DNA of 64,000 bases from Eledone cirrhosa (GCA_964016885.1 OZ024740.1:206646001-206710000); one strand, 5' to 3'; positions 13,690-25,793 are shown, numbered from the stretch's first letter. Notes: generated by a model from the letters alone, not told the origin. Program-made: numbers and translations.

Positions 13690-13872
13690 TGATGATTAGG
13701 GGATGAAAGATTCTACAAGTTCCAAGTGGAATGAAGAGATAGTAGAGGTAAGCCAAAAAAAAGTTGGGCAGAAGTGATAGAAGCTGATCTGAGGGAACTA
13801 AACTTCACAAAGAAATGCTGGAGAGGACTTATCCAGTCCAGGCAAACATGGAATAACCGATGACAACAACAA
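13690..13872 (+). mobile_element. Degenerate RTE LINE 3' end (second subfamily)
   Basis: Translates as ...RGKPKKSWAEVIEADLRELNF, resembling the GRP.K.W.EV...DL motif, followed by a tccagtccaggcaaacatggaa tail shared with the SINE tails. Confidence 0.6.
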
Positions 13873-14492
13873 ATGAAACACATGAAGCCACATGTGCAGG
13901 CATGACAAAGTTTAGTTGATCAGCAATAAATATATACCAACTTGAAATAACCTATCAGATGTTTGGATAAACAATCTATTATACATAATACTACAGTGAT
14001 AAACAATCTATTACATAATAGTACAGTGAACAGAAAAATACCAGAGTTGTGAGCATACGCAGTACATAGATAGATTAAATTGTTTTTGTGATATCAAAAC
14101 AACAGTGGAATGTGATTAATAATTAACAAGGATCAGTAAACAAATACATTTGACAGTTCAAGGTTGACATTATTCTAGAGAGGAGACATTTTAAAGAATT
14201 ATTTTAATATCAGAACTACTTCTACCCCCTCCCAAAAGGTTATGGATAGGTTAAAGGATAAACAACAACTGTTATAAGCCAGTTAGTGTTGTCTATCGCC
14301 ATGTCAGCCATGAAAAAGAAAACTTATGATCATCTCATCTTTTTTTTTATATCATCTGATGTGTTCCTACTAATTTTAAGACAGTAGCTGCTGTGATTTG
14401 AGGGAGATTTGGCTGCTATTTTTTTTAGCAAATTGTGGGACTATATAATAGAGGCTGACTCAGTTTGTCACAAGGCAGTGATCACAATTTTG

Positions 14493-14520
14493 GAGAGAGA
14501 GAGAGAGAGAGAGAAAGAGA

Positions 14521-14561
<41 letters not shown>
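14493..14561. repeat. (GA)n microsatellite
   Basis: Direct observation. Confidence 0.95.
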
Positions 14562-14565
<4 letters not shown>

Positions 14566-14919
14566 TGTTTAACATATGACTGTGCTGTGCAGCAGCACAT
14601 GAAAATAAGTGTAATTCTATAAACATCCATGAGTATGAAGCAAAGTTAATAATTGGCATATGTACATGAACATAGCAATGCATATTTATGATAAACCCTT
14701 TATCTATGCATGTGTGTAGCTGTACCAGTTTAGGTATTGGTAACTACTGTACTAGATGCAAGTTGGTCTAATCAATGAGAAAAACACTTGCTGCTTATAT
14801 TATACAACAGACGCACTCTTCTAGAAATGGTTAAGAAAACAAGCTTAAACTGAAGCAAAACAAACTGTTCTACTTCACAGTTGAACAGTTGCCATGATGG
14901 AGAGCATCCAACAGAAAGA

Positions 14920-15115
14920 ACCAACAACATTAACAGCACCACCAACAATATCATCAACAACAACACAATCACTGCAACCAATAACACCACAAACATCAAC
15001 AACACCATCAACACCACAACCAACACCATTACCATCACCCACCAACAACATCACAACCAACACTATCACCACAACCAACAACACCATCACCACAACCAAC
15101 ACCATTACCAACAAA
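14920..15115. repeat. (CAA/CAC)n low-complexity tract
   Basis: Direct observation. Confidence 0.85.
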
Positions 15116-15261
15116 TACAGGTATGCAAATTTCATTTTAAAAATTCAAGCTTTTCAAAATACTACAAAAATAATCATTAAAAATAAACTTGAAATGTTAA
15201 TTAACAGTTATGTTGTTAATTAGCAAAAGACAACAATGAAAAAAAAATAGTTAAAAACTAT

Positions 15262-15306
<45 letters not shown>

Positions 15307-15616
15307 AAGTATGTTTGCTTCTTAAGCTAATTCTTAAGTAGGAATTCTCATAATAAAGTATCACAGCTTGCTGTTATTGGCAGGAATCCAGCAGTTGGTG
15401 AGAAAACTGATTAAGAATATTGTTATAGAAACTGGTGGTTATTTAGTATAGCAGGGAACAGTTGGTGGCAGGATCTGTTTAAAATACATCAAATACCAGA
15501 ACTTACAAAAACCAAGTGCACAACAAACATTAAAAAAACTGGAAATATACACACCATCTGACACTTGGGTCCATTAGTAAAATCTACTCTAGTTTAGGAT
15601 ATATATATATATATAT

Positions 15617-15924
15617 ATTAATAAGGTAATGAATTCTTTTACAATGGAATCAGCTCGAATGAGGAAAAAATATCCCCTGAGCAGTGTATAAATTAATATG
15701 TAAGTGATGAAACACAGATACCAACACATCTGTATATATATTGCAAAAGAAAAATTTAGCCAGATTGAAGTTTCAATCTGGCTAAATTTTTCTTTTGCAA
15801 TATATATACAGATGTGTTGGTATCTGTGTTTCATCACTTACATATTAATTTATACACTGCTCAGGGGATATTTTTTCCTCATTCGAGCCGATTCCATTGT
15901 AAAAGAATTCATTACCTTATTAAT
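15617..15924. repeat. Near-perfect palindrome with 153-bp arms, a 2-nt centre and one mismatch
   Basis: 15617-15769 is the reverse complement of 15772-15924 except cagctcg vs cgagccg. Confidence 0.97.
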
Positions 15925-16077
15925 TTTAACTGCTCCTAGTTTGAGCTGCAAACCGTCCCATATATACGACTGTTATTTCTAGCAGTACGGTTATGAGACT
16001 AGTTAGATACTGTAAAGCCATGTGCGCCACGCAGTCTTTTAAATTATTTAGAAGTGAAGCATATCAATTTGTCTCTG

Positions 16078-16205
16078 GATGTTTACTGAGGAGAGCGGGA
16101 CATGATATTCCTACACTTTTTTAACTCGAAACATATTTGTATCTTAAAGTCTAAACTTATCTACGGAACAGGTTTGATTTTGAAATTTAAATGTGTCTAA
16201 ACATC
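16078..16205 (+). ncRNA. Type I hammerhead ribozyme
   Basis: Stem I GATGTTTA(16078-85)/TAAACATC(16198-205). Core CTGAGGA(16086-92). Stem II GAG(16093-95)/CTC(16125-27). GAAA(16128-31). Stem III ACATATTT/AAATGTGT, extended by aaagtc/gatttt and aaactt/aggttt. Cleavage triplet GTC(16195-97). Confidence 0.85.
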
Positions 16206-16789
16206 ACCGCCTTTTGGCAATACAGTTCGTCTCCGTTGATTTATTATTTTAAATCGATATGGACAAACTGTAGTATAGTATACTTCAATCTGGCTAAATT
16301 TTTCTTTTGCAATATATATACAGATGTGTTGGTATCTGTGTTTCATCACTTACATATTAATTTATATATATATAGACTTTGTTGTAAAGACTTTACTAAA
16401 AAAACCAAGTAGCTGATGTAAGGAAAACTGAGCCCGTTAACACTTGTTAACCACCTCTCCAGGAACAAACCACTGTTGGAGAGAGAGTAATGGAAGTAAT
16501 AGTATGTTATAATATATGGTGTAGGTGTTCAATTGGCAAAATGACCACCCCCAAATATAACAACAGTATGTTATAATGTTTTGGGTAATATCTATGGAGA
16601 TGTTTCCATCAGCCATTATATAATTTCTCCTCACCCTTCTCCCTAATATTTTTATAGTGTAAGTCACATATCTGGGAGTGTTACTACTAAAAACACAAAC
16701 CTTATGGCCCATAACCCAAATAAGACCATTCAGGTGACAGTCAAAAGATCCCCTCACCAATGTACAACCACTGGACCACATACACACAA

Positions 16790-17130
16790 TGTCTTCTCTC
16801 TCCTATCAGTATTACAAACTCTGTAGTGATTAACTTACCAACACAATATAACTACTAAATCACAGACTGTCTTCTCTCTCCTATCAGTTTTTCAACCACC
16901 TCTGTAGTGATTGACTTACCAACACCCTATAACTACTGGATCACAGACATACCATGTCTTCTGTCTTCTATCAATATTACAATCTCTGTAGTAATTCATT
17001 TACCAATACACTAACCACTAAATCACAGACTCTGTCTTTTCTCTCCTATCAGTATTACAACTACCTCTGTATTGATTAACTTACCAAACACTATCCACTG
17101 GATCACAGACACACTATGTCATCTCTCTGT
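16790..17130. repeat. ~80-bp tandem repeat (4-5 copies, alternating 78 and 84-87 bp)
   Basis: tgtcttctctctcctatcagtattac...tcacagac starts at about 16790, 16868, 16955, 17033 and 17117. Confidence 0.85.
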
Positions 17131-17207
17131 CCTTTCTACCACTACCACAACAGTTTCTACCAAGATTCCCTCATTAGCACATTACAACCATTGAATGGCA
17201 GACACCA

Positions 17208-17551
17208 TTTCTGGATGACTAGATAGAGAAGTTTTGCGATCATAACAACAGAAATGATTTATACTTGTACAAAACAGCCAAATGGTTGAACTGATATTGT
17301 CTCAACTAAAGATCTAGAAACATCTGTAAGACTGTGCAGCAACAGGTAACACATTAAACTCTGGTTCCACATAATAATATCCCATCAGTGGTTGCTGTAA
17401 TGTTGATACGTTGAAATATCCAAACCAAGCAAACTTTAGATCCAGTGATACCTGCTGCAGTGACAAACTGAGAAGAAGTCAGGCTCAAGAAGCCTGTAAA
17501 CAGGATCAGTCAGGTGTCAATGTATAGGAAATCATAAATCTGGTAATTTTC
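17208..17551 (-). other. Candidate non-coding (5' UTR or lncRNA) exon; 3' end uncertain
   Basis: Minus strand has a long poly-T tract, then atttttattgaacag|GAAAATT, a strong acceptor. All three frames hit stops early. Confidence 0.35.
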
Positions 17552-17631
17552 CTGTTCAATAAAAATAAAAAAAAAAAAAAAAACACCAGTGAAACCAAAT
17601 CTTTAAAATGTCACTGAATGCTACATAATCA

Positions 17632-17808
17632 TTATTGTTAGCCATCTGGTCTAAGTACCTTATTGTATACCTTGGTTGTAGACTGATCGTTTATTGTTAG
17701 CCATCTGGTCTAAGTGTTTTATTGTATACTTTGGTTGTACACTGACCACTTATTGTTAGTCATCTGGTCTAAGTACATTATTGAATACTTTGGTTGTAGA
17801 CTGACCAC
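17632..17808. repeat. 59-bp tandem repeat, 3 copies
   Basis: ttattgttagccatctggtctaagt...ggttgtagactga repeated. Confidence 0.9.
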
Positions 17809-18783
17809 ACTTATTCCCTCACCAATAACTCCATCTTCTCTCACTCATTATTGATATCTATCACACTATCTCTCCATGAAATGAACAATCATTCTTTATT
17901 GCTATTGATCACTCTCTCTTCTGTCATCACCATGTCTCTCTTCTACCCCTTTCTCTTACACCATGTTATTCATGCAGTTTTCTACCTAATCTCCTCACCA
18001 ACAACCAGCTGCCTATCACTGTCTTTCTTTCATCAATCACTCCTATACTATCCATTTCACTCATACCATTCACTCTTCTACCTGGTTTCTTTCAACTATC
18101 ACCCTCTTGGTCATCTTACATTGAATGAAAGAGACAGCATAGGGTATAGAGGACCTTTTAGCTTTGTGACGTACATGACAATCTCTTTAGTGTTGGTGCC
18201 ATGATAAAACATACACAATACATTCTGTAATGTTGGAATTAGAAAAGGCCTCCAGCTGTAGAAACTATGCCAGAAATAGAATGTATAAGTGAGTGATGGT
18301 TTCTGATCTATTTAGTGGCTCAGTAATTCAGAATAAGAACTGATACAGACTATAATGGCTCGGCAAACCTATGTTAGCATGGAAAAGTGGATGTATGATA
18401 ACAACATTTGTCATTGTTTTTCATAACATACACACATGTGTATGTGTGTGCTTATTTTTCCACCAGTTTAAAAACCAATGTTTGTATCAAGCCCCTTTAT
18501 GTCCCATAATCAAGTGAGTTTGACAAACAGAGATCCATAAAATAAGTATTGGAGCTGATATGATTGACTGAAATAAATACACATTGTTTCGACCCAGGAT
18601 AGCAGATCAATGATCAAAGACAATCAAGCTTGACCATTTTGTCTTTCCAAGATTATCTAGGACTACATTATCCAATGTGTATCTTTAAAAAACCCCCAGC
18701 AATGTGTGATTTGAGGGAAATTTGGCTACTTCTAGCAAGTCGAGCAGCCATGTAGAAACGGCCTGTAATAGAGACATTATATA

Positions 18784-18960
18784 TCATCATCATCATCAAT
18801 GTTTAACGTCTATATTCCATGGTTGCATAGATTAGACAGATTGTCCTGTACTGAAGCACGCCTTACTCATACACTCCGTTTCGGACTTGGTTTCTACAGC
18901 TGGATGCCCTTCATAATGTCAACTACTTTATAGTGTGTACTGGAACATTTTCATGGATGT
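18784..18960 (-). mobile_element. SINE/LINE-tail domain C, reverse (tttctacagctggatgcccttc...tactttatagtgtgtactgg; (CAT)n)
   Basis: Reverse complement of 19200-19350. Another reverse copy lies at 8390-8575. Confidence 0.7.
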
Positions 18961-19010
18961 GGCCTTTCAGAGAATGAGTATGCATGCATGCGTGTGTATG
19001 TATATATATA

Positions 19011-19470
19011 TGGAGGCACATGGCTTAGTGGTTAGAGCATTGGCCTTGCAATCGAAAGGTTGTGAGTTCAATTCTCAGACCGGGTGATGTGTTGTTTCCT
19101 TGAGCAAGGCACTTTATTTCACATTGCTCCAGTTTACTCAGCTGTAGAATGAGATGATACGGACTGGGGTCCCTATCATTCCACTGCAAAGTGGTCGTGG
19201 AGGTGCCACGGCAAAAAAGCACCCAGCACTCACTCTAAATGAGGTTGGGGTTAGGAAGGGCATCCAGCTGTAGAAATCAAGCCAGAATCAGTTCCCGTCC
19301 CACCCTTGCAAGCAGGGAAAAGTGGATGTAAAATGAAATGATGAATGAAATGATAGCCAAAATCAGTTCTGTACAAGCAAGACATGGTCACCTGACATAA
19401 CACTGCCCACAAGAGAATAACTCGTCTAACCCATGCCAGCGTGGACAAATGGACGTAAAACGATGATAAC
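19011..19470 (+). mobile_element. tRNA-headed CORE-like SINE followed by domain C and RTE-type tails
   Basis: A box tggcttagtgg and B box gagttcaattc. CORE-like ccttgagcaaggcactttatttcacattgctccagttt...ctgtagaatgag, then ggttggggttaggaagggcatccagctgtagaaa. Confidence 0.75.
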
Positions 19471-19710
19471 ATGTAGCTACAATCACCCCCTCCACTCCTT
19501 CATTCATGTTGAAGACACAATGACCAGTTTGTGTTGGTGTGATGACAAAATACATCCACTGAACTCTGTAAAGTGATATTGTTGGTATGACTATAAAATA
19601 CAGTCACTACACTGTAAAATGGTTGGTGATAGGAAGAGCATCAATCAGCAGCAAGCATGCCAAAACAGAACGTGAGAACCTGTCCAACCTATGTTAGCAC
19701 ACACACACAC

Positions 19711-19756
<46 letters not shown>

Positions 19757-20554
19757 TCTGACTTTCCGTACGTCTGACACATAATTACATCCTCTTTTCA
19801 TGTTTACAATGTTTTGAGTACTTACTCGATTCCAGGCTTCCCAACCGTGAACATATCTATCTATCGATATGTATATATTTATATCAATCTATCAACATAC
19901 ATACCTAGAGATATATAGAGAGGGATATGATAGACAATTGATTTTGAAATAAGGAAAAAAAAAATTCGTCTGATTCAACGAACTTCCTATACAGAGAAAC
20001 ACACGAGACGACGAGGTAACCATAACTGTATATTGATTTTTTAAAAAATCACTTCTGAATATAAGGAGATAAATCGTGTTAAATGAAAGGTTTTCAATGA
20101 AATAAAATCTAAAACACACGGTTTTCTTTATTTATAAAATGTTAAATTTCGCTCGTGTACGGCTTGGACCACAAATTGAACACAGCAATCATTTAAAAAA
20201 AAATGAAGTAAAAAAAAATATGAACCACTAACAGAGTTAATTAACAGATAATTATCGATTAGGATAGGAAATAGGGTGAACTGGAGAATTGATTGATTGA
20301 ATCAATAACATATTTTAATCATGATCCGAATGAAGTGATAGAGTGATAGAATTAAAAAAATCTTCCTTGGAGAGTAGGGAACATGGCTAAATACAAAATA
20401 AAGACCAGTGCATGTATGTATATGTATGTCTATTTCTTTATGTAACAGATATACAGAGGGTTAACTTCATAAAAAAAATGATAGCCAATTTCTTTCGATT
20501 GTCTATCACTTTCAAAACAACATTTTTTTACACACACCCATATATGTATATATA

Positions 20555-20657
20555 TAGAGGATGTTCCCCAAAAATGTATACACATTTCAATATCATTCTA
20601 ATAAATATTGCCTGTTCAGGAAATCAAAGTGTGTATACATTATTTTGGAACACCTTG
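20555..20657. mobile_element. Tc1/mariner-type MITE
   Basis: TA|TAGAGGATGTTCCCCAAAAATGTATACAC ... GTGTATACATTATTTTGGAACACCTTG|TA, imperfect TIRs with TA flanks. Confidence 0.65.
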
Positions 20658-21023
20658 TATATGTGTGAGTATATATATACATACATACACACACACACGA
20701 GAAGTGCTCCAGCATGGCAACTATTACGATGACTAAACTATATATAAATTTGTGCGGGTATACATCCCCACATAAATGTATATTTAATAATTGTATATCC
20801 TGCTTTCCGTATCAAGCCCTCTACTTTCTGTTTTGTAAAACCAAACGTACCTGCAAATATATATTTCAAAATTCCTGCCATTGGTACATTGGAGTTATTT
20901 CCCTTTTTTTATTTTAAATATTTTAGGTCATTATGTTATATTATAATCTTGGTTGAAGTTACTACAGCTTGGCATGAAACTATAATTCATTGGAGTCACT
21001 CATAGTAATATCAGCTAATAAAA

Positions 21024-21065
<42 letters not shown>

Positions 21066-21782
21066 GCTGCCAACTCGTTTTCGAGTACGGCCACTACTTT
21101 ATATCCATGTAGGAGAACCCCTACCGATGCGCTGAACGAGTGTGACTTTTTAGTCCAGCCAGCGACTTGAAAACTCTGGTACAAACACTACACTTGTGAC
21201 GATTATTGACACACAGTGCTGGGCACATGGTACCATGTGACGACAAGTGCAGAGAGATCTCCAGATATAAAGCAATGCCTGTGCCGTGAAGCTTTTATAG
21301 TGAGCAAAGGCACTGCACAAAGCCAGTCCCACTCTCTTAACGAGGATATTTACCAAAAAGAAGAACAAGTCAACATCATTGGATACCATCAGGGTTGCAG
21401 GTGTTATATCAGAGTTTTCCTTCTCCTAGAATTCTGCCTTGACAAAGGCTAAGGGGTCATCTCTCCCAGTGATTTTGGATGGCCATTGACTCTTAAGAGC
21501 TCCTTTGCTCTTTGACAGGTTTTGTTTTTAGTCCTGCAGGATGTCCTAATTCACCTAGTGCGTGTGCGTGTGTGCACACATACATACATACATACATACG
21601 CACTAGGTGAATTACTGGTGGTGGTACCAAAACAAGCACTCGATGCACAGACACAGTGAATATATTAATAAGAAAAAGGAACTTTCGTTTACATGAATTT
21701 AGATTTTTATTGTGTATCGACCTGTTACGTAGGTGCATGTAAACGAAACTTTATCGTTCTTAAATATATATATATATATATA

Positions 21783-21864
21783 TATATATTGGTAAACGGA
21801 ATAGAAAATGCTGACAAATTGTTCACAATTTGTCAGCATTTTCTATTCCGTTTACCAATATATA
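21783..21864. repeat. Perfect hairpin with 40-bp arms, embedded in (TA)n
   Basis: tatatattggtaaacggaatagaaaatgctgacaaattgt-tc-acaatttgtcagcattttctattccgtttaccaatatata. Confidence 0.95.
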
Positions 21865-21893
21865 ATAACTTGTGTGTTACACCTCTATTCTTT

Positions 21894-21932
<39 letters not shown>

Positions 21933-22088
21933 TCGTATGTGGTTGACTGGGCTGAGAGAAAAGAGTACTCAATACCGAAGTAGAGTTTTAAAATTCATTT
22001 GATCAGGGCTAAATAGTGAGTCTTGTTACTTGTTTGATGCTCCTGTGATAAACAGTAACAAGACACTACTTGGCCTTAATAAAATGTG

Positions 22089-22119
<31 letters not shown>

Positions 22120-23229
22120 GCATTCCTTGATCGATAAAACGAAGAGGATATTTATAATTTTCTTTAAAAGACAGAAAGAGAACAAGAGGGAGGAATAAAA
22201 AAAAGATCATTTTAGTGCATTTTACTGTTGGTGGCAGTGAGTGTGTGTAAATGAATGAAAGGTGAATACACGAGTTGAGAAATATGTCTAAATTAAAATC
22301 AAACAATATCAAGAAACGTGGTCGAAATATCTCAATTTAGACACTCTATTTAACATTTCGAAGAATTATCGAGTAAAATTGGCGATGACTCAAATCTAAG
22401 TACAACGAATTGTTTTTTCTTCAAGCTTACATAAAACAATATGTCTAATGACTACAGAGTGATGGTAGGTCAGACTTTACTCAGGAACACGTGTTGGGAA
22501 GATTTTAGGACAAAATAATATAATTCTATTATAATTCCATCCACATCGAAGGCTGCATTATAGGAATATTGTAACTAATACACGATTGGTACTACATTTT
22601 ATCTACATACATCTCCAGAAACAATATATTATATAAAACTAAACGATTTTATCCGAAATCTTTTTCAAATTATATATACGTTACCATTTTGACAACTTAT
22701 GTATATATATATATATATATATTATTTACTAATCGTTTTGACAACTTAACTGACAAAAAATAAGAACACCCAAATAACAATTATACACATCCCTTTTACC
22801 TATTCCATCTTCTGGGCTGTGGTCATGCTGGGCCATATTACACCTTTGGTAAACGGCATGCCAGCCTTGAATATATCGTCTTTTCTTTAAATTTACATTT
22901 TTGTTAAAACGGTAAAGGAGATTTCGCTGTAATTTTAAAGAGATCAACCACGTAGACACTGGTAGTGTTAACACTAACAGAGGTTATTTTTTACAATATA
23001 GACAAGGAATGAAGTAAATTAAATGAAGCAGTTTATCTGTGGGACGGTACTGAGACGGACAGATATGACTGAATAGATACAAATATCGTACACTATATTT
23101 CACAGACTTCAGTCTATTATTGCTACTTACAATTATATATATATATATATTATACACACATTTCTCAACGAGGAAGAAACGAAAACCACGGCAAATTTAT
23201 GAATATTTGTTCTGAAGAAACGGTTATCT

Positions 23230-23425
23230 AATTTACACTAAGTGACACGCGGTCCATGGTCCGCTAAAAATAGCATTCAAATTCCTACAAATTACATCGA
23301 ACTGTCTTTATAAAGAAAGGACACAGGGCACAATGGTATATGTCCCTGATGTAGGAAGAGACTGGATAGCCACTACCGGAACGTTTTTGATGGATTGAAT
23401 CAGATCTGAGCTAGGGGTCTACAAC
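23230..23425 (+). mobile_element. Dispersed repeat family D (aaatagc..caaat.cc..caaat.aca...ggat.g.ca..gctggaa...gatc...ggggtct..aacaac)
   Basis: Related copies at 25135-25350 (-), 18650-18760 (-), 14385-14440 (-) and 29480-29570 (+). Confidence 0.5.
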
Positions 23426-23561
23426 AGCCGCCGCCGTCCAACCATTTGTTACAACATATACAAGAAAAATGGAATAAGCTCTGGCTATATATATATATAT
23501 TCGTATGTGGTTGACGGCTGAGATAAAAGAGTACTCAATACTGAAGTAGTTTTAATATATA

Positions 23562-23592
<31 letters not shown>

Positions 23593-24075
23593 GTCTATTC
23601 TATTTGATAAGCTTCGTTCCACAACTATATATATATATATATATATTGAATTATTGATACTGTGGACAAATGTCCATTGAGCTTTTCTAATGAGAAGCAC
23701 AACTATCATACATAATATATGTTTTCATTTGATACCTTAAATTTGTATATCTATAAATATATATATACACCTCATTTATCATAAGTAAATAACCATAGCA
23801 ATGTTAATACAATTAATATCTTAATTAAATCTATTTCTGTGTATATATGGAGAGTGACCGGTGCCGGGAGAAGCAAGAATATGGTTTCGAATCAAGGCAG
23901 CAATCGTCCTTTCATTTTATTTCACCCTCCTCCTTGACGTGGCTCTGAAGAAAGAAAGACCTGAAGATCACGGAATCTTATTTAATATAATTTCTTTTGT
24001 TTATATAATTTTAACATCATAATCAGATATTTGTACAAATGTATAAAATAATTATAATAATATAATGTAACTTAC

Positions 24076-24440
24076 CTTTTTGCGGATATGTACATTAGAT
24101 AGCTTCTCAAGGCTTCCGACAAAACAACAACGATAGCAATATCAATATATTGCTTCTTAATTAAATATATTGCTTCTTATATGTATATGATGTATATATA
24201 AAATGTGTGTATAAGTTCCAGTTGTTATATATTTTCAAGAAATATATAGGAGAGGTAGAAGTCTAAAAACAACAATCCTACATGAAATACAGTTGACAGT
24301 CGACGACAGCTGATCCTACTGAAAGTATATATATAAAATCGATAACATCAGATCGTTGCGGTAGTTGTTGTTGGAGATAATTCTTTGATAAAACATAAAT
24401 ATTCCTTAATGTTTCCACATTTCTCCACGTTAACTGAAAT
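24076..24440 (-). other. Candidate first (non-coding) exon ending at a consensus donor; 5' end unknown
   Basis: Minus strand reads CAAAAAG|GTAAGT (plus acttac at 24070-24075), inside a CpG-retaining zone. Confidence 0.35.
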
Positions 24441-24459
24441 ATAGCCCTCTTTCTCTCAT

Positions 24460-24496
<37 letters not shown>

Positions 24497-25439
24497 ATTT
24501 ATTCTATATACAGTTGTCTATATATATATATGTGTGTATATGTTTTTGTAGTTATGAAATATATAGGGGTTGGGGAATACTAGTATACTAAACTAGAATA
24601 TAGTGTTGTGACTATTGGTGAGAGAATTACGAAGAGATAACATAACTGTCAGTGAGGGGAAATATGAAACATTTGGCCGTCTTTCATTGTGTGCGGAACT
24701 ACACTGGAGTGGAGTTTAGTTCATCCACTGCTATGATGGCTGTAGTAATAGTGGTAGTGTTGTTAGTGATGATGGTAGGAGGGAGTGTAGTTATCGTGTT
24801 GTTAGTGATGGTGGTGGTATGTTTATTGTGGTGTTAGTGATGATGATGGTGGTAGGCAGAGTGATGATAGTACTGGTGGTGGCGGTGGTGGTTATTGTGG
24901 TGTTAATGATGGTGTGGAGGGGGAGTTAGCTTCTTTAATCCTCTCTACACATCGTTGACGCACATTTCTTGTTACTTTTTCTACGCAGATATGATGATGA
25001 TGATGTTTGTTTTTTTCCTTATCACTATTTTTGTTGTTGAGGTGAGGTTGTTTATCTACTACTACTACTGGTATCGGTCCTTATCATGACGCTTGCTACA
25101 TACTGATGATGACAGTGATAAATGTTATTGTTTATGCCCAGGTTAGCTCTGTGTTAGAGTAGACCTATGATAAAATTAGCTCCAGTCGTGACCATCTCGT
25201 CCGTTCTTTTCTAAACAGACTACCTAGCAGTGATTGCACTGTGTCCTTCTAGAACTAATTACAATGTTTCCTTAAAAAACAAAAAAAACAGTATGAGGAG
25301 ATTTAGCTGCTATTTCTAACAGGTGGGATGACTACGTAGTGACTTCTTGATTGGTTTGTTGCTGTTATTGGTATTGCGGTGGTGGTGGTTGTTGTAGGTG
25401 GTTCGATTCATAAGTGTGTGGTGCTATGATCACCTGATC

Positions 25440-25545
25440 TGACACCGGTGGGCGGAGCTTGACAGAGAGAAGGAGAGGCAGAGCTGTTGAACGCTGATCG
25501 TTCGATGTCAAGTTTTGACGATGTTGACGTAAATATCACGTTAGC
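25440..25545. promoter_or_regulatory. Possible promoter-like patch
   Basis: GC box GGGCGG and CRE-like TGACGTAA in CpG-retaining non-repetitive sequence. Motif matches alone are weak. Confidence 0.2.
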
Positions 25546-25611
25546 TTGGCAAAACAATGTGGATGATGAGTGAGGCGATATATATAAATATAAATATATA
25601 TATATATACAT

Positions 25612-25644
<33 letters not shown>

Positions 25645-25793
25645 ACCTTATAGGCACCCGCTTTACGTGTGTTGTGTTGAAGCAAATAACTATGTGTATA
25701 CTCTGGTAATGTATCTTACATTGCCCATGGGGTTCGCTGAGATACAACCGGTACTGGCATTGATAAATATGCTGGGTCCGTCAACCCTTATTA

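Larger units (their letters stand above)
15617..16366 (+). mobile_element. Non-coding hammerhead-containing retroelement (retrozyme or non-autonomous Penelope-like) inserted in (TA)n
   Basis: Layout: (TA)n | inverted arm 15617-15771 | 512-bp monomer 15772-16283 | 83-bp direct repeat 16284-16366 | (TA)n. It contains a complete hammerhead core and no meaningful ORF. Confidence 0.75.

Noticed and set aside
15589-15982. Two nearly identical ORFs on opposite strands
   Set aside because: A trivial consequence of the palindrome, with no protein-like features.
16149-16156. Alternative hammerhead cleavage site GTC-TAAAC closer to the core
   Set aside because: It gives only a 5-6-bp stem I and a 2-bp stem III. 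The 16195-16205 site gives 8-bp stems I and III and sequesters this segment in the stem III extension.
21062-21150. Possible second hammerhead (ctcgaaaacgag on the minus strand)
   Set aside because: No CUGANGA box is found at a suitable position upstream.
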